A stretch of DNA of 64,000 nt, taken from the NCBI GenBank assembly GCA_020891255.1, contig BQFW01000014.1, forward strand, positions 1,922,001-1,986,000. The letters are read 5' to 3'. This document shows, one piece after another, positions 33,809 to 46,179 of this stretch. Made by a program: the position numbers and the translations under genes. Source of the DNA: Entomortierella parvispora E1425. Lineage: Eukaryota > Fungi > Mortierellomycota. Within the stretch, counting starts at the first letter, position 1; the number at the start of each line of letters is the position of its first letter. Below the pieces are notes generated by a model. The model saw nothing but the letters and a program-made list of their open reading frames with translations, made no database searches and was not told the DNA's origin.

Positions 33809-36526
33809 TTAGGCGAATACACTTTGCGTGGTGGGTTGTTTCAGCTCAACCTCCAAGGAAGAATTTTTTCCATCTCGGGGGTAGCCCGCTTCCTTGGCTG
33901 CTTTCAGGATCCTGAGCGCTCGCTGGCTTCCATGGCGAACGGCGTATTCCTTGACAAGGGTCTCAAAGGTATCCTGGTGTCTGGATGCTCGCAAGGCTCC
34001 ATCGGCTTTGTCATTTGGTCCCTTCACGACGGAATGTGACAGTTCGTGAAAGATGGTCCGAGCTTGATTTTTGTCCTTGTTGAGCAGCGCTCCACGGAGG
34101 AGGATGCGCCAGGTTTCAGGGTCCGGCCGCAGGGAGAGAGAGGACAAGATCTCGAGAATACCAATAATAGTCGAAGACGACGAGTGGTGAACGGCGCCTT
34201 CAAGAAGAACATTGATATGACGGATATCATGCTTCACTCCATCCTTGTCCATGTTTTCAAAGATCTTGATGGCCCCATCGAAATTGCCTGACCGAATATA
34301 GCCCAACATCAGGTCCCGATAGAGCTCCCCATCTCGTTTGACGCCTAAAGCAAAAAGCGTGGAGAGGACCCGCTGACTCATTGCCAGCTGTCCATGCATG
34401 GAAGTAAGATTCAAAAGTCGCCTGTAGGTGGTTTGATCTGGCTTGAGTCCATGTTTTTCTGTCAAGTCCCGGAAGACGGCTACGGATTCATCCAGTCGGT
34501 CGCTCCGAACAAGTTCCTGCAAAAGCACATTGGCAGCCGTGATCGACGGCACTCGCTTGTCCTGGAGCGATTTTTCCAGAACCTGCAACGCTGGTTGAAA
34601 GTCCTTTTGCTGACAGAATTCGAGGAGAAGAGTCTCTGCTGTATCAACATCGAGCGCAATCCCTTGACGCGCCATTCCATCAAAGATCCGACGCGCTCTA
34701 TCCAGGTTTCCTTCGGCGGCGGCTCGTTTTACCAACTCCTGAAGACCAATCTCAATAAGAGCCACCGCGCTAACCCCCTTCTTTGTTTTTTTCAAAGGGC
34801 TTGATGGGCTTGTCGATGGTTTACGATCATTCAACGGACCCTGAGCATCTGGTTTCGCAAATCGACTTGCTTCCATACACTTCAAAAGAAACTTTTCTGC
34901 GCCCGTCGATCCACTGGTGGACCCAATAAAGCGTGTCAGTAGTCGAAACCGAGTTCGGTCGAGGGGGTGGCTATTCTCGAGCAACCCCACTGCCAGATCA
35001 GATGCTAGGAGCGCTCCTGCTTTGTCGTCCTTGCCAAGACTGATGATCTCAATCATTATAGGGTATACAGTGTTTCTCCATTCCGTCATGATACTCTCCA
35101 TACCGGCAGGGTCAATGAACTGCTGATCGACGCCTACGTTCCTCTCCTGTAGCGCAAAGACTTCTTGCGTCGCTTCTTTGTAGCGCCTCAAGTACTCTGC
35201 CTTGCCATCTATAAAGCCAACTTCGGAGTCGCCTTCTGATCTTCCTTCACCCGACAGGCTGTTGTCTGCCACAGAGGCAAAATTCTGGCGCTGCAGTGCA
35301 GTCATAGACCGCTCCATCGATGATTGGAGTAAAGCACCCGCATCCGACAGTTTTCCAAGGTTGAGGTATGATAAAATGGCGAAAATGGACGTCGTTTCAG
35401 AGACACCCCGGGCACTACTATTCGTCGACAGGTCCGTCCATGCCTTGACACCATCTCTCCAGTTTCGTTCCTGGACACAGGTTTTCAACCATAGCGTGGG
35501 TAACTCCTGGTCGCAATGTATGCCGGCCGACCGCATCCATTCAATCGTCCGCTTGACTACATCCGTCAATTCTGTCGTTGATGGTAGTCCCGTGCCTCTC
35601 TGCTGTCGCAGGTGAGAAAGTCGGCCTTCCGTTAAAAGGAGGTAAGTCCGGGGGGAACAGTGGCCGTCTGGGTTCGTATGGCCGACTAATGTCCGGTGTA
35701 ACTGGTCCAAGCTGCGGTGATCATCGTAGTGTACGAACCAGTAAACAAGAATGTCCCAATCCGTGGCTGTCAGCAGAGAGAGACTTTTTGAGGATTCCAG
35801 ACTTGAAAATAAATGTTGTAGTACGGTAAGTGGCGGAGCGATGGTAGATGCATTGCGGCTGTGAGATCTCTGTTCCGCTGATTCTTTCTGTGGCAAGGAC
35901 GCAAGCAATCGATGGTCGGTATGTATAAGTAGCCTTAGATTAGTGAGGGCCACGGGTATCTCTGACTGCCTCGTCGCGGATCGCTTGTTTGGGGATGTGT
36001 CTGATCCTGGTCCTTTCCGGGAGACACGACTCCTGGGTGGCCGTGCTATAGTTCCGTTATCGAGCTTGGTCCCGATAGATTTGTTGGATTTAGGTATTGA
36101 TGAATTTGTCGATATGGCTGCTGCTTCATGAGACTGAACTTGAGATCGTGGTGCTGATGATTCTACAGCTTGCATGCTGTTTTGGGCTCCTGTGAAGAAC
36201 TTCCGAGCTTGACCCTGTCTCTGCTTCCTGCCTGCGGGATGCACTGTAGGGCGATTTGATATGCAATGGCAGAGATGGCGCGTTGATCGGGGTGTATTGA
36301 CATTTGGATTTCCCATCGTCAATCCTCCAGCTTTTGTACTCTGTGAAAGACGGCCCAAAGTCTCCCTGTAGAACATGGCGTCACCGTGTGTGCTGTATCC
36401 TTCGCAAGGCGACGACTGTGAGATTTGAAGTCGAGGGAAGAGCCATCGTGGAGGCGTTCCTGTTCTGGTGGTGGATTTGACTTGTACGGCAATCACTGGC
36501 CAGCAAACTGCCGTGGTTCTAGACAT
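33809..36526 (-). CDS. Pentatricopeptide-repeat (PPR) protein, probably mitochondrial
   Basis: C-terminal 35-aa repeats (TYRRLLNLTSMHGQLAMSQRVLSTLFALGVKRD; LYRDLMLGYIRSGNFDGAIKIFENMDKDGVKHD). The start could instead be the downstream M in MFYRETL. Confidence 0.85.
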   Translation of the reverse strand: MSRTTAVCWPVIAVQVKSTTRTGTPPRWLFPRLQISQSSPCEGYSTHGDAMFYRETLGRLSQSTKAGGLTMGNPNVNTPRSTRHLCHCISNRPTVHPAGRKQRQGQARKFFTGAQNSMQAVESSAPRSQVQSHEAAAISTNSSIPKSNKSIGTKLDNGTIARPPRSRVSRKGPGSDTSPNKRSATRQSEIPVALTNLRLLIHTDHRLLASLPQKESAEQRSHSRNASTIAPPLTVLQHLFSSLESSKSLSLLTATDWDILVYWFVHYDDHRSLDQLHRTLVGHTNPDGHCSPRTYLLLTEGRLSHLRQQRGTGLPSTTELTDVVKRTIEWMRSAGIHCDQELPTLWLKTCVQERNWRDGVKAWTDLSTNSSARGVSETTSIFAILSYLNLGKLSDAGALLQSSMERSMTALQRQNFASVADNSLSGEGRSEGDSEVGFIDGKAEYLRRYKEATQEVFALQERNVGVDQQFIDPAGMESIMTEWRNTVYPIMIEIISLGKDDKAGALLASDLAVGLLENSHPLDRTRFRLLTRFIGSTSGSTGAEKFLLKCMEASRFAKPDAQGPLNDRKPSTSPSSPLKKTKKGVSAVALIEIGLQELVKRAAAEGNLDRARRIFDGMARQGIALDVDTAETLLLEFCQQKDFQPALQVLEKSLQDKRVPSITAANVLLQELVRSDRLDESVAVFRDLTEKHGLKPDQTTYRRLLNLTSMHGQLAMSQRVLSTLFALGVKRDGELYRDLMLGYIRSGNFDGAIKIFENMDKDGVKHDIRHINVLLEGAVHHSSSSTIIGILEILSSLSLRPDPETWRILLRGALLNKDKNQARTIFHELSHSVVKGPNDKADGALRASRHQDTFETLVKEYAVRHGSQRALRILKAAKEAGYPRDGKNSSLEVELKQPTTQSVFA

Positions 36527-36954
36527 GCTGCATCAGAATTGGTCCCGGAATCAAAGTGGGTACCCTATGGACGTGTAACAAAAGGAAACCTGCAAGTTTA
36601 GTCCGTTGTTCTCCGACGAAAAAAGGTGGTTTTAAGCGAAACTCCTGAGGCATCTATGGGACGGGGCGAACCTTGGACTGCAAAGTATGGCAGTACTGGC
36701 AGTGTTTGAGGGCGATGCGAGCGACGAGCGCGGTGATGGAGAGGGATGCAGTGATCAGAGTCAAAAAGGTCCGGAGGGATGCCGAGCAGCGAAACGCCGA
36801 GGAAGAGCCAAAGGTCGATTCGTGACTGCTCTGACTGGACAACAACCAAGCCACTCCCGAGGCAGCAGCCAAGCGGTGCCTATTTCGACGTTCTCTCTCT
36901 CTCTGTCTCCGACTGACTCGACCCATTGGACCACCAGCAAAGGCAATATACAGC

Positions 36955-37792
36955 ATGGCAGAACCATCATCAACATCACCATCAGTTACTTCATCAGAAT
37001 CTACTTTGCCACCAACTACGGCAGATGTACAGCCCATGTCAGAAAGAGAGCTCAAGGAGCAAAAGGCCTTCAACAACTGGCGCAAGACTCTATCCAGGAT
37101 TACAGGCGTCGGTCTCACTCCCGAGGAGTTTAAGGAGGAAGTTGCCAAAGCTGACAGGAAACAATGCGAGCTTCAACGGGAACAACTTGTCAAGACCAGT
37201 ATGATTTCAAAAAAATGCAGAGCACGACATAGAGGCTTGTAGGACAATTCTTGATCCATGTGGCTAACAGGATATTTTATCCCACATTCCGGCTCTTGTT
37301 TTTTTCCCAACAGGTCCTGGAGTGCGATTCATGATGAACAACCTTGCTAAAGCTGGATGCCCCTTGACAAAGAACATGCTGGAGTGTGGCCCTTGCGATG
37401 CGACAAAATCAGGAGGCTTCTCCAACCACCATGGAATCCTACTCTGCCAGAATGGCTTCTTCAGCAAAAAGCATATGGAGCACACCATGATCCATGAGAT
37501 GGTTCACATGTACGACCACTGTGTCTTTGGCGTCGACTGGCACAACCTCCGTCACCACGCCTGCAGTGAAATCAGAGCTGCCGCTTTGAGTGGCGACTGC
37601 AATTGGACAAGAGAGGTCCGACGTGGCTTCTATACATTCACAAAGCAGCATCAGGAATGTGTGAGGCGACGTGCTGTCCTTTCTGTGGAAGCCAACCCAA
37701 AATGCCCATCTCGCGCAGCAGCAGAGAAGGCTGTCAATGCCGTGTTTGATTCGTGTTACAATGACACACGGCCCTTTGACGAGTTTTATTAG
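36955..37792 (+). CDS. ATP23: Mitochondrial inner membrane protease Atp23; exons 36955-37198 and 37314-37792
   Basis: GILLCQN...HTMIHEMVHMYDH (HExxH), HHACSEIRAAALSGDC and CYNDTRPFDEFY. Confidence 0.95.
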
Positions 37793-37824
37793 AAGCTATT
37801 ATTCCTAAAATATATATTACCAAA

Positions 37825-38788
37825 CTAGAGAGAACTCTGTCGTTGACTGTGTACCCATTGTGTGATGGACTCCGCGACAGTTACCAGCTGCTGAACTTGC
37901 TCCATGGGAACACCTACATTCCGGGCACCATATACATGACTTTTCAACTGAGGGGGGACGTTGAGTGGAACCAGAGTCGCAACAAGACAGAGCTCTGTCT
38001 CTGGAAGGGTTGTCAAGGACGTATCACTGAGGACCTTGCCATAGGTATCACGCAAAATGCCTTGGACCAAATCTTGGCTGCTGTTGCCAATTCTTGTTAA
38101 AATAGGATCGGCTATAAAGTGGCATGAATCAGGATAGATTTGGTAGTAAGCATTTGGCATACGTTTGAAACTGGTCTCCTGTACGATGGAAAAAAAACAC
38201 GTACTATGGTGTTGATAGATGGTTTGAAAGAGCTTTCGTCCGCGATCCAGGTACTCCTCATCGGTTGATTTGTTTTCAGGGCCCCGCACTGGTCCGAACG
38301 CGTTCACGGCATCCGACAATTCAGGATCAAGTGCAAAGTTGAGGGCGCCTAGGGCATTGATTCCATAAGGTCCTCCACAGAGCACCGATCCTTTGTACAA
38401 AGATTCGCGGAGACGGCGCACAAATCGAACCTGATCTGCAAAAGATTTGTTGTCGCCTGCAGTGGAGGTCGATGCATCCGAGGCCACCGCAGGAACTGAG
38501 AGAGTTCCGGCTTGAATCTCTGAAAGTGCTTGCTGAACCAAAGGCACCAAAAGTTTGGGAAAGTTGGCGGCGGTGATTGTGCATGCCTATTCCGCGTTGA
38601 AAAAGCGCGTCAGTGTGGGTGTGATTTGAGGGCAAGGACTGGAAGGGACGCAGCGGACTAACGGTTAAAGATGGACTATCTATTACAATCAAAATTGGTC
38701 GTAGTTCTTCAGGAGTAAGTGCTAATGCTTCCCTCCATGAACTAAGAAGAGCATTGGCAGCTGCCAGAGTAGACTGCGACGAGGACAT
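37825..38788 (-). CDS. AhpD / carboxymuconolactone-decarboxylase-like protein, 3 exons
   Basis: RRLRESLYKGSVLCGGPYGINAL and ETELCLVATLVPLNVPPQLKSHVYGARNVG. Exon 1 (38788-38687) joins 38586 in frame. Confidence 0.8.
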
Positions 38789-39015
38789 GAAGAAGAATGG
38801 GTATGGGAGGGGAATGGAACAATAGACGTTTTTCGCAACCCGAAAACCACGCCCAATTTTACGTAAATAATCAAATAAAGAGGTTGGGTCATCAATTTAG
38901 CGAGGTTGAACTCTATTTCAACGTAAATTTCTGCTCAAAAATACGCCGAGGGACGTTCTTTCTGAAGGAAAAACCGTGTGGCTTGTATGTGAAAAAAACG
39001 CGCATCGCGTTCGAG

Positions 39016-40329
39016 ATGAAGGCAGAACGCACTGATCCTTCTCATCCTCCCACCATCATGAACCACCTCGACGACAGGAATCAAGGGAATCTGGACCACT
39101 TTGATCTCAACCAAGGAATTAGGAACACATCAAACGATACATCGCTGTCCAACATTGATTCTGGGGTCCATGCAGACGAGGCAAATGAGGGGACAGGAAA
39201 TATGCCGGACGTAGCTGACGGCCTTCTTGCAATGGAAATTGAAGCCTCCACCGACATTATGAGCGTACCCATGGATAAACAGAGGAAATCCAAGCCATCA
39301 TTTCGCGGGTTCCAGAGGAACGACAGGTTGCAGATAGAGCTTCTCAAGGTGTTGGAGGTTGTGAGGCCATTTGCGGCTGGCTATGGCAAGACAGAAGAGG
39401 CTTGGGGGTTGGTCGTTGTGCAGCTTCATCGCTATGATGACGATCAAGAGAAGGCAGGACAACCAAGAGTTTTTGAGGGCGTCACAACACGGACTTGTAG
39501 GGAGAACTGGAATGCCCTGTCCAAAGCCTATCAAGAATATGAACGTCGACGCAAGACGGGTACAGGAATCAACCCTGAGCTCACTGAGGTCCTAAAGTAC
39601 AGCAAATCTGTATATGAGCATGAGCTTGCAGCTCGAGAGGCAAACTCGCAACGGAGCAATCAAAGGATGTTGGCAAGGGAACGCGTGGAAACCAATAAGG
39701 CGAATGGCTTAGAACTCTTGGAACGGTCTCGAGCTGGACCTCGGTATGCCCTGTCTTCAACATCAACCCCGAACTCGTCTCGATCTGCGTCCCCAAGCTC
39801 ATCTCGATCCGGAACACCAACGCCAACAACACCACGGCAACGACCACTGGATGTCATACTTAATGAACTGGAGTCAGACATACAGGATAATTCTTCGCCT
39901 TCGCCTACACAATCTGGTCGAATTTCATCTGGAACAGAGTCAGAGTCAAGTACTGCATCGCACCAGCCACGAACGCCTGCTCTGAAGAGAAAAACTGCTC
40001 AAGCCCAGTTGGTTTTGAACATGCAAGCTGCAATGGCAAATGGAGCGAAACAAGCAGAAATGCAGGAGCAACACTTCAAATTACAGGAGCAGCATCTCAA
40101 TGAATGGAAGGAAGATCGTATCGAAAAAAGGAGGAGATTCCAGGAAAAGATGGAAGCGGAAGAAAGGCGACATCTTGCCCAGAGTGCTCAACAAGCTGAA
40201 CTTTCCGCCTTTTTGAAGAATCAGTCGGAAGCGACCAAGATTCAGGCGGAGGCTGCAGCTAAGACGGCAGAGGCCCTCATGCTGCAAGCTAAGGCCTTCG
40301 CTGAAATGATGGCATCCTTCAAAAAATGA
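39016..40329 (+). CDS. Harbinger ORF1, Myb/SANT-like DNA-binding protein
   Basis: LQIELLKVLEVVRPFAAGYGKTEEAWGLVVVQL...TCRENWNALSKAY...RKTGTG followed by an S/T-rich linker and a coiled-coil tail. The ORF-track start (38797) lies outside the TIR, so the inner ATG is used. Confidence 0.8.
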   Translation: MKAERTDPSHPPTIMNHLDDRNQGNLDHFDLNQGIRNTSNDTSLSNIDSGVHADEANEGTGNMPDVADGLLAMEIEASTDIMSVPMDKQRKSKPSFRGFQRNDRLQIELLKVLEVVRPFAAGYGKTEEAWGLVVVQLHRYDDDQEKAGQPRVFEGVTTRTCRENWNALSKAYQEYERRRKTGTGINPELTEVLKYSKSVYEHELAAREANSQRSNQRMLARERVETNKANGLELLERSRAGPRYALSSTSTPNSSRSASPSSSRSGTPTPTTPRQRPLDVILNELESDIQDNSSPSPTQSGRISSGTESESSTASHQPRTPALKRKTAQAQLVLNMQAAMANGAKQAEMQEQHFKLQEQHLNEWKEDRIEKRRRFQEKMEAEERRHLAQSAQQAELSAFLKNQSEATKIQAEAAAKTAEALMLQAKAFAEMMASFKK

Positions 40330-40370
40330 CTTTGACATGCTACAGTTCTTCATTGTAATATAATTTTATC

Positions 40371-41508
40371 TCAAAATAAAACGTTTCTCATTGCTGCTGC
40401 ACTAATGTACTCTTGTACTGTGGGAGGATTGATATTGAAATATGTGTTCACCTCTCCACCATTGTAGCATGTGTGGATATTGGAAAACAACGCTGCGAAT
40501 CTATAGTGACCTTCGATCCATGTGGACAGGGAGTCGATGAGTCCGAGGAAAGTCAATTCCCATGAACTGTTGCGTGATGTGTTTGAAGGTCCACTCGATC
40601 GTGACACGTAGACTGGACATGACGCGGTTGAATGCGATCTGGTCTGGAGTCAGTCCGTTTCCTCGATAGCCGATCAAAACGTGGCCATTGGCGGTGTAGG
40701 CCGAGTCTCCATATATTGCAAGAGCGACACCGTTCTGATCATACGCAAACTGATCCAGGACTTGCTGAAATCCTGTGCCATCGAATATAGTCATATCGTG
40801 GTTGGTTCCTGAGAAGGCTGAGCTGAGGTGCAAGAGAATTCCATCCGGAGCAACAATCCCTTGATACTTAACGCAATGATGGCACTTGTGTCCACTGTAC
40901 ATCGCCTGCTGATTAATAGTGGGCATTTGTATCTCTCGAGCTGTTCCATCGACGAAAGCGAAGACGTTGTTGCACTGTCCTCCGCTGGCATGGTAACAAG
41001 CATCGGCATACTCGCTCAACTTCTCCCTGGTCAAGCGATGTTCGTCCCAATACAAAAGTCGATCCCACCGCAGCATCACCCATCGAACAATCTGATTTAT
41101 CAGCCGAGATATCGAGGGAGCAGATCGTCTAAACATACGCTCCATGCGGTTAAGGCGTTCCGGGAATGACAAGCGATACATCGCCATACATAGAACTGTG
41201 AGTGAGTCGACTTTGTCCCTGGATGGCGTGACAATAAATGGAGGGATCCTTAGCAGACCTATTATCTCCTGTAGTTGCGCACACGTAAAGCGGAACTCTT
41301 GGATTGAATAGGTGTCTGAATAAGCCCGAACGTCGAACGAATGGTCCAGAGGAAAAGGTCGTATTGGTCGAGGAGCATCCTGTTCCTCTGCCTCGTCATC
41401 CTGCTCGTCCTCGTCCTCTTCTTGTTGGTTGAGGATAAAATCCGGATCTAGGAGGCGATACTCAATAGCTTGGTGCGCCAATCCCATTAACAGAGCAAGG
41501 TTATACAT
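40371..41508 (-). pseudogene. Harbinger DDE transposase with a frameshift near the C-terminus
   Basis: HTH region FRFTCAQL...YRLSFP, then FVDGT, YSGHK, HDMT, YGDSAY and RVTIEWTF (DDE intact). The conserved tail HYRFAALFSNIHTC...YFNINPPTVQEY lies in another frame after a G-run at 40529-40531. Confidence 0.85.
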
Positions 41509-41984
41509 GTAGCTTGGGTGATTGGACGACCTTCGGTGGCCACCAGTGGCAAGTCGGGTGGGTGGACATAGATGTCTCCATGTCGAACTCGACATCAGAA
41601 CGATCAGATCGAAATCGAAGTCACGAGATATTCTTAAGGGGAGAAGACCTCCATTTATGAGAAAAAACCTTTTTAATTAGAAACAAAATCAGGCTTCTAA
41701 GCCACACCCATGCCGTTCAATTGGGCGTGATTTTCGGGCTGCGAAAAACATCTAATGGAACCGTTCACTTCATGGGATGAAGAGGTGGACAAGCCAGGAA
41801 ATAAGTGCACGTGACCAGATCGGCCAAACGCGCATAGGTCCCGTCCCTGAAAAAAAATGCTGGCATCGCCCACTGCGCTGGGAAGTAAGATCTCAACAGG
41901 ACCGACAACCCTACTTAATGCATCCAGAAATCTTGTGGCTAGTTCAATATGTTCCATACACATGGTCAAGGTGAATACGAGTTT

Positions 41985-43515
41985 TTATTCCGTATCCGCT
42001 GTCTGCTTTGGCCACCAGCTTGGGAAGAATGCTTTCACGCGGACAGTCGCGCCTTCCCGGTCCATCACCTCAAAGATGTTGCCCTCGGAAACCTGGTCCA
42101 GCTTGACCAGGGCCAATCCAATGTTGCCTACATTTGATCCAGTCTTGCCTGAGGCTCGCACTGGCCGTGCAGAGGCTGTTGACGTGGCCACATTCAAGGT
42201 ATCGGCCGTTTTCACAGGGAAGAGCTCGGACTGCGAAGGGACGACATGGGAGTCTCCCTTGATGAATCGCATCGTCTCTGGAACACTATTTAAAAAAAGC
42301 CGCCTATTAGTCACTGGACAGAAATGAAGCATTGTGGGAGGTTGTCAAAGACTTACGGTTCTTCTGGTCTGAAGTACTGAACTGGCATTACTCGCTTCCT
42401 TGTGATTCCCTTGTGATAGGTACGGATTGTCAGCTCTTGCCCAACATAGCACCCCTTTCTAAAGTCAACTGTGAGGTATGTGCCATCAAAGATTAGATAT
42501 GTTGTGTGTAACTTTTCAAGCTACCAAAGGCATGAGAGTGAGCTTACCTCCATTCATGTAATCGAGGTTGCATTCCAATGGAAGACTCATTCCTGCAATA
42601 AAATCATCCATTCCCTCCGGTACACCGAGCAGTATCCTGCGGACGTGGTAATCTTCCAAGGTGCCCTGAAGATAGCTTTCAGGCAGAGACACTAGAGGAA
42701 AGGACCCAAATATCAGTTGACTATAAACAGAACAATAGCCGATCTTAAAAAAAAAAAAGAGAGATTCGCGTAAAAGTACTTACAACGCCGACCTTTGGGG
42801 ACAATTGCCCTGTATCCCAACATATTACCAGCTCTGTTGTCAAGCATGCCAATGGAAGCATTCATCTTTCCCAGTCTCTCCATGACTGCAGCATTGTCTG
42901 AAGCAAGAGGAGTTGTCGACTGGGCAGATGCATCGTCCAAGACAGAGTAGACATCAAATGCTTCTGTTACTCCCGTCATTTTTACTTTTGATCTCAACAC
43001 GAACCGCGCAATGTGTTTGTGGAGTTCAGGCAAGGCTCGTGCATCACACTCAATAAGAAATGAAGGATCTGCACCTTCAGTTGTCAAGTTGGAGGGATGG
43101 ATAAAGACATCGTACATGACCCTGCCCTGTCATTTTTTAAATTCAGGGTTTGTCAGAAAGCGCTCTTTCGGGTAGCAGATCGATCCTCGAGAATTTACAC
43201 AAGGAAAAGGGTGGGGTATACCTTGGGACTGAGGAATGCGGCGAGGAATCCTCCACCGCCATTCTCGATCTTGAGCATTTGGTTTGTGATGAGGCCCTGA
43301 AGGAACTTTGAAGAGTCTTTTCCCTTGATCTCCAAGAGTCCGCGCGTGGGCAAAAGAGTGAATGTGCCTGCATCGGACTGAGTCGAGATGAATCGCTCAG
43401 AGTTCCTGCAGTGGCCGAATCGGAAGCCCTGTGATTCCGAGCGTGAGCCTGGAACAAGGGTGCGAGCCAGACGTTGGGGGGTGATCCTGATCCGAGGCAA
43501 CATGTTGATGAGCAT
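41985..43515 (-). CDS. IBA57: Mitochondrial Fe-S assembly factor IBA57/CAF17 (GcvT-like), multi-exon
   Basis: [30 protein letters not shown], the [10 protein letters not shown] motif (about 42430-42460) and NIGLALVKL...PSWWP. Confidence 0.92.
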
Positions 43516-43873
43516 CGTGGGAGGAAAAGGAAGGAGGTGAGGAAGGAGAGAACAAAGAGCGCAGCGACGCAGCGACAGAGAGCGTCGCGCCGAGTCGGGC
43601 GAAGGCCACACTGGGTCACGTGTTCGCATAGTGCTGTTGTCACTTGTCACTTGTCAGTGCATAACTCTGCCCGCCCTCAGGCCACGCCCAACTCATCCCC
43701 CACATCCACATCCACATCCACTTCTACGTCCGCCTCCGCTCGTCGCCATAATCACCCATCGTCACCACCATCGTCATTGTCATCCCCTGCGTCATCGATC
43801 ATCGCCCTTAAATCAATCATCAATCATTGCTCCCTCAACTTTTGCATCTGTCCTTGAACACGGTCCTAAAAGG

Positions 43874-45956
43874 ATGAAAACAGATCCCAGACCTACCTCG
43901 CCACCAATCAGCGGCTCTAATGTCAAAAAAAGAAAGGCAGTTGCCAGTCAAGGGTCGACGGAGGATCTCGATGTCGACATTGTAGGGATCGAGGATGTCC
44001 CCACAAAGAAAAGCCGCAAGGACAAGAATGACACCACATTCTCACCCTCGCCCTCACTCGACCACAGCAAATCCATCGCCTTCTCCACCAATGACCTTAA
44101 AAAGGCTGCAGCTGCACCCTCTCAGGCAACGCTCACGCAGACCCCTAACGTCAATCGCCCAAGATCAAAGCCTAGCCATGTCGATTCTTCAGCCACGTCT
44201 CTCTCAGATGGTGACACAAACTCATCCCTCCCAGGATCCTCGGACGGCAGTACACAAAAGCGCGTTCTCCCTTCGCGTCGTGGCCAGTTGCGAGACAAGA
44301 CCGCTTTGCCCATGGATGCAGCTGGTCTATTGGGGTTGGGAACAGGTACGCGACTTGTGTTACATTTGTATGTATAAAAAATCAGACTAGGAAAGGTATT
44401 AAATCGCGTATTTTTGATCCAATATAGAAAATCCTCGTACACCTGCAGGAGAATATATCCTCTATTTGGCCAAAAGACGCGTGTTAGAACAAACCTCTAC
44501 AGACCCCAAAAGGATACCGCCTGCAGCATATGGAGCAAGCGAGGATGAAGCTGGATTGAAAACATCAGACATAGAGGCACCCGCCATGGCACCACCACCC
44601 TCAGCTACCACCCACATCGAAGTTCCCATCTTTAAGCTGTGCAGCATAGCTCAGTTTCTTCAGGAGGAAAAAAAGAGAAAGATAGCAGCATTAACAAAGG
44701 CCCTTGCAAAGGCAGAAGCAATTGCTGAGGCAGAGGCTCTTGCTGCTTCAGGGACGACCCCAACAGATTATGCAACTGCATCACAAACAGGGGCAGGAGC
44801 CAATCGACAACCTGCAGCATCAAGGACAGTGTCGACTCGTCAAAAGCACAAGGAGATCGCTAGTCACCAACAGATCAGTATCCTCGCCCCCACAAGTGTT
44901 CACGGCAAAAAAGCAACAACGACTATTGGAAAGAAGGAAGGATCTCGAGCGCGGCTTTTAACCACTCAAGAAGAGGACCTCCGAGATGAAGTTTATGAGA
45001 AACGCCATAAAAAGCAAGAGACTGCAGAGAAAAAAGTCAAGAATCGGGAAAAGGAAAAGCTACGACATGCTATGTACCAGCAGCAGTTGGTGGTGGAAAA
45101 ACTACGACATATCGAAATCAACCGACTAATGCCCATCAGTGCTTTCCGGTCACTCCAAAAGTCAGTGGAAATGGAACAGAGACAACAGCAGCAACAGGCA
45201 GGGAGCGGGAGTCAGGAGTCTCACGCCGAATCTTCTTCGACATCGCTGGCTGCTGCGAAAATATTGCAAGATAAATATTACCGTAGATTGCTCAGAGAGG
45301 CAGAGGAGAACCTGCGACGGTACGAGCAACTAGGACTTGGGGATTCCAATCACTCCAACGTCGCCAACTATTCTCCTTTTAGTCGTACAAAAGATCGCCT
45401 TACGGCCATAGCGTCTTTGACTGTAAAGGCAAAAGAGGAAAGGCAAAGACTGCAACACTCCAGTCAGGCTTCAGCAAGCGAAATACGGAGTCGCAAGCGT
45501 TCTAAACCCCCAGCGGTTGAGCTGGCAGATGAAACTTCAGCAAAGCCCACCACACCTGCTCGAATCAGGACCAAAAATAGATCGACTCTCTCGCCTTCTC
45601 AAACCCCAGACCCAAGGTCTCGACGATCAACCTCTCGGGACCCAGGAACTAAGGATGGGACCAAAGCTCATCCCAAGGTCGAGACTGTCGTTGCGCCACC
45701 CAAGCCCATCACGACATTCATCAAACCTGGGAGTATTCTCCCCTCCGGTTCGCGGAAGAGCAACCGAGTGGCTCTCGCATTCGGGGAGAAGGTCCCTACT
45801 TTGGAGCGAGTTGATTTTAGTCTGCCCATGGATGATTTTGGCGTTTTTATTCGAGCCCGCAACGGAGAGCCTGAGGTTCAGCCAACTGCTGTTGTTGTAA
45901 CACCAGCAATGTCCAGTGTTGAAAGAACTGCAAGCACAAATCCGGAAAAGCAATAA
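43874..45956 (+). CDS. SAS4-like (something-about-silencing) acetyltransferase-complex subunit; exons 43874-44345 and 44449-45956
   Basis: LRDEVYEKRHKKQETAEKKVKNREKEKLRHAMY and the C-terminal AFGEKVPTLERVDFSLP resemble fungal Sas4 conserved blocks. Confidence 0.65.
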
Positions 45957-46179
45957 AAAAACTCGCCAAAAAAAAAAAAAAAAAAAGGGCGGGCCGCGAG
46001 TCACGTGCGTATACTGCATTCGCTGCATTCGGCAAAGCCCAAAATGAAGCCCAGAAACGATGAGCGCGAACAGCATCTTTCATCCGAATTCATCCTCCCA
46101 GTACATGCACCAGGCCCTGCATTGAATCTGAACCACTTTGCACTTTAATCGACAACTGCAGTAGAAAAGAAAACACATC

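Larger units (their letters stand above)
38824..41753. mobile_element. PIF/Harbinger DNA transposon, full length, two convergent genes
   Basis: Inverted ends 38823-38858 and 41719-41754 match at 33/36 positions. AAT is duplicated at 38821-38823 and 41754-41756. Encodes a Myb/SANT-like ORF and a DDE_Tnp_4-type transposase. Confidence 0.92.
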
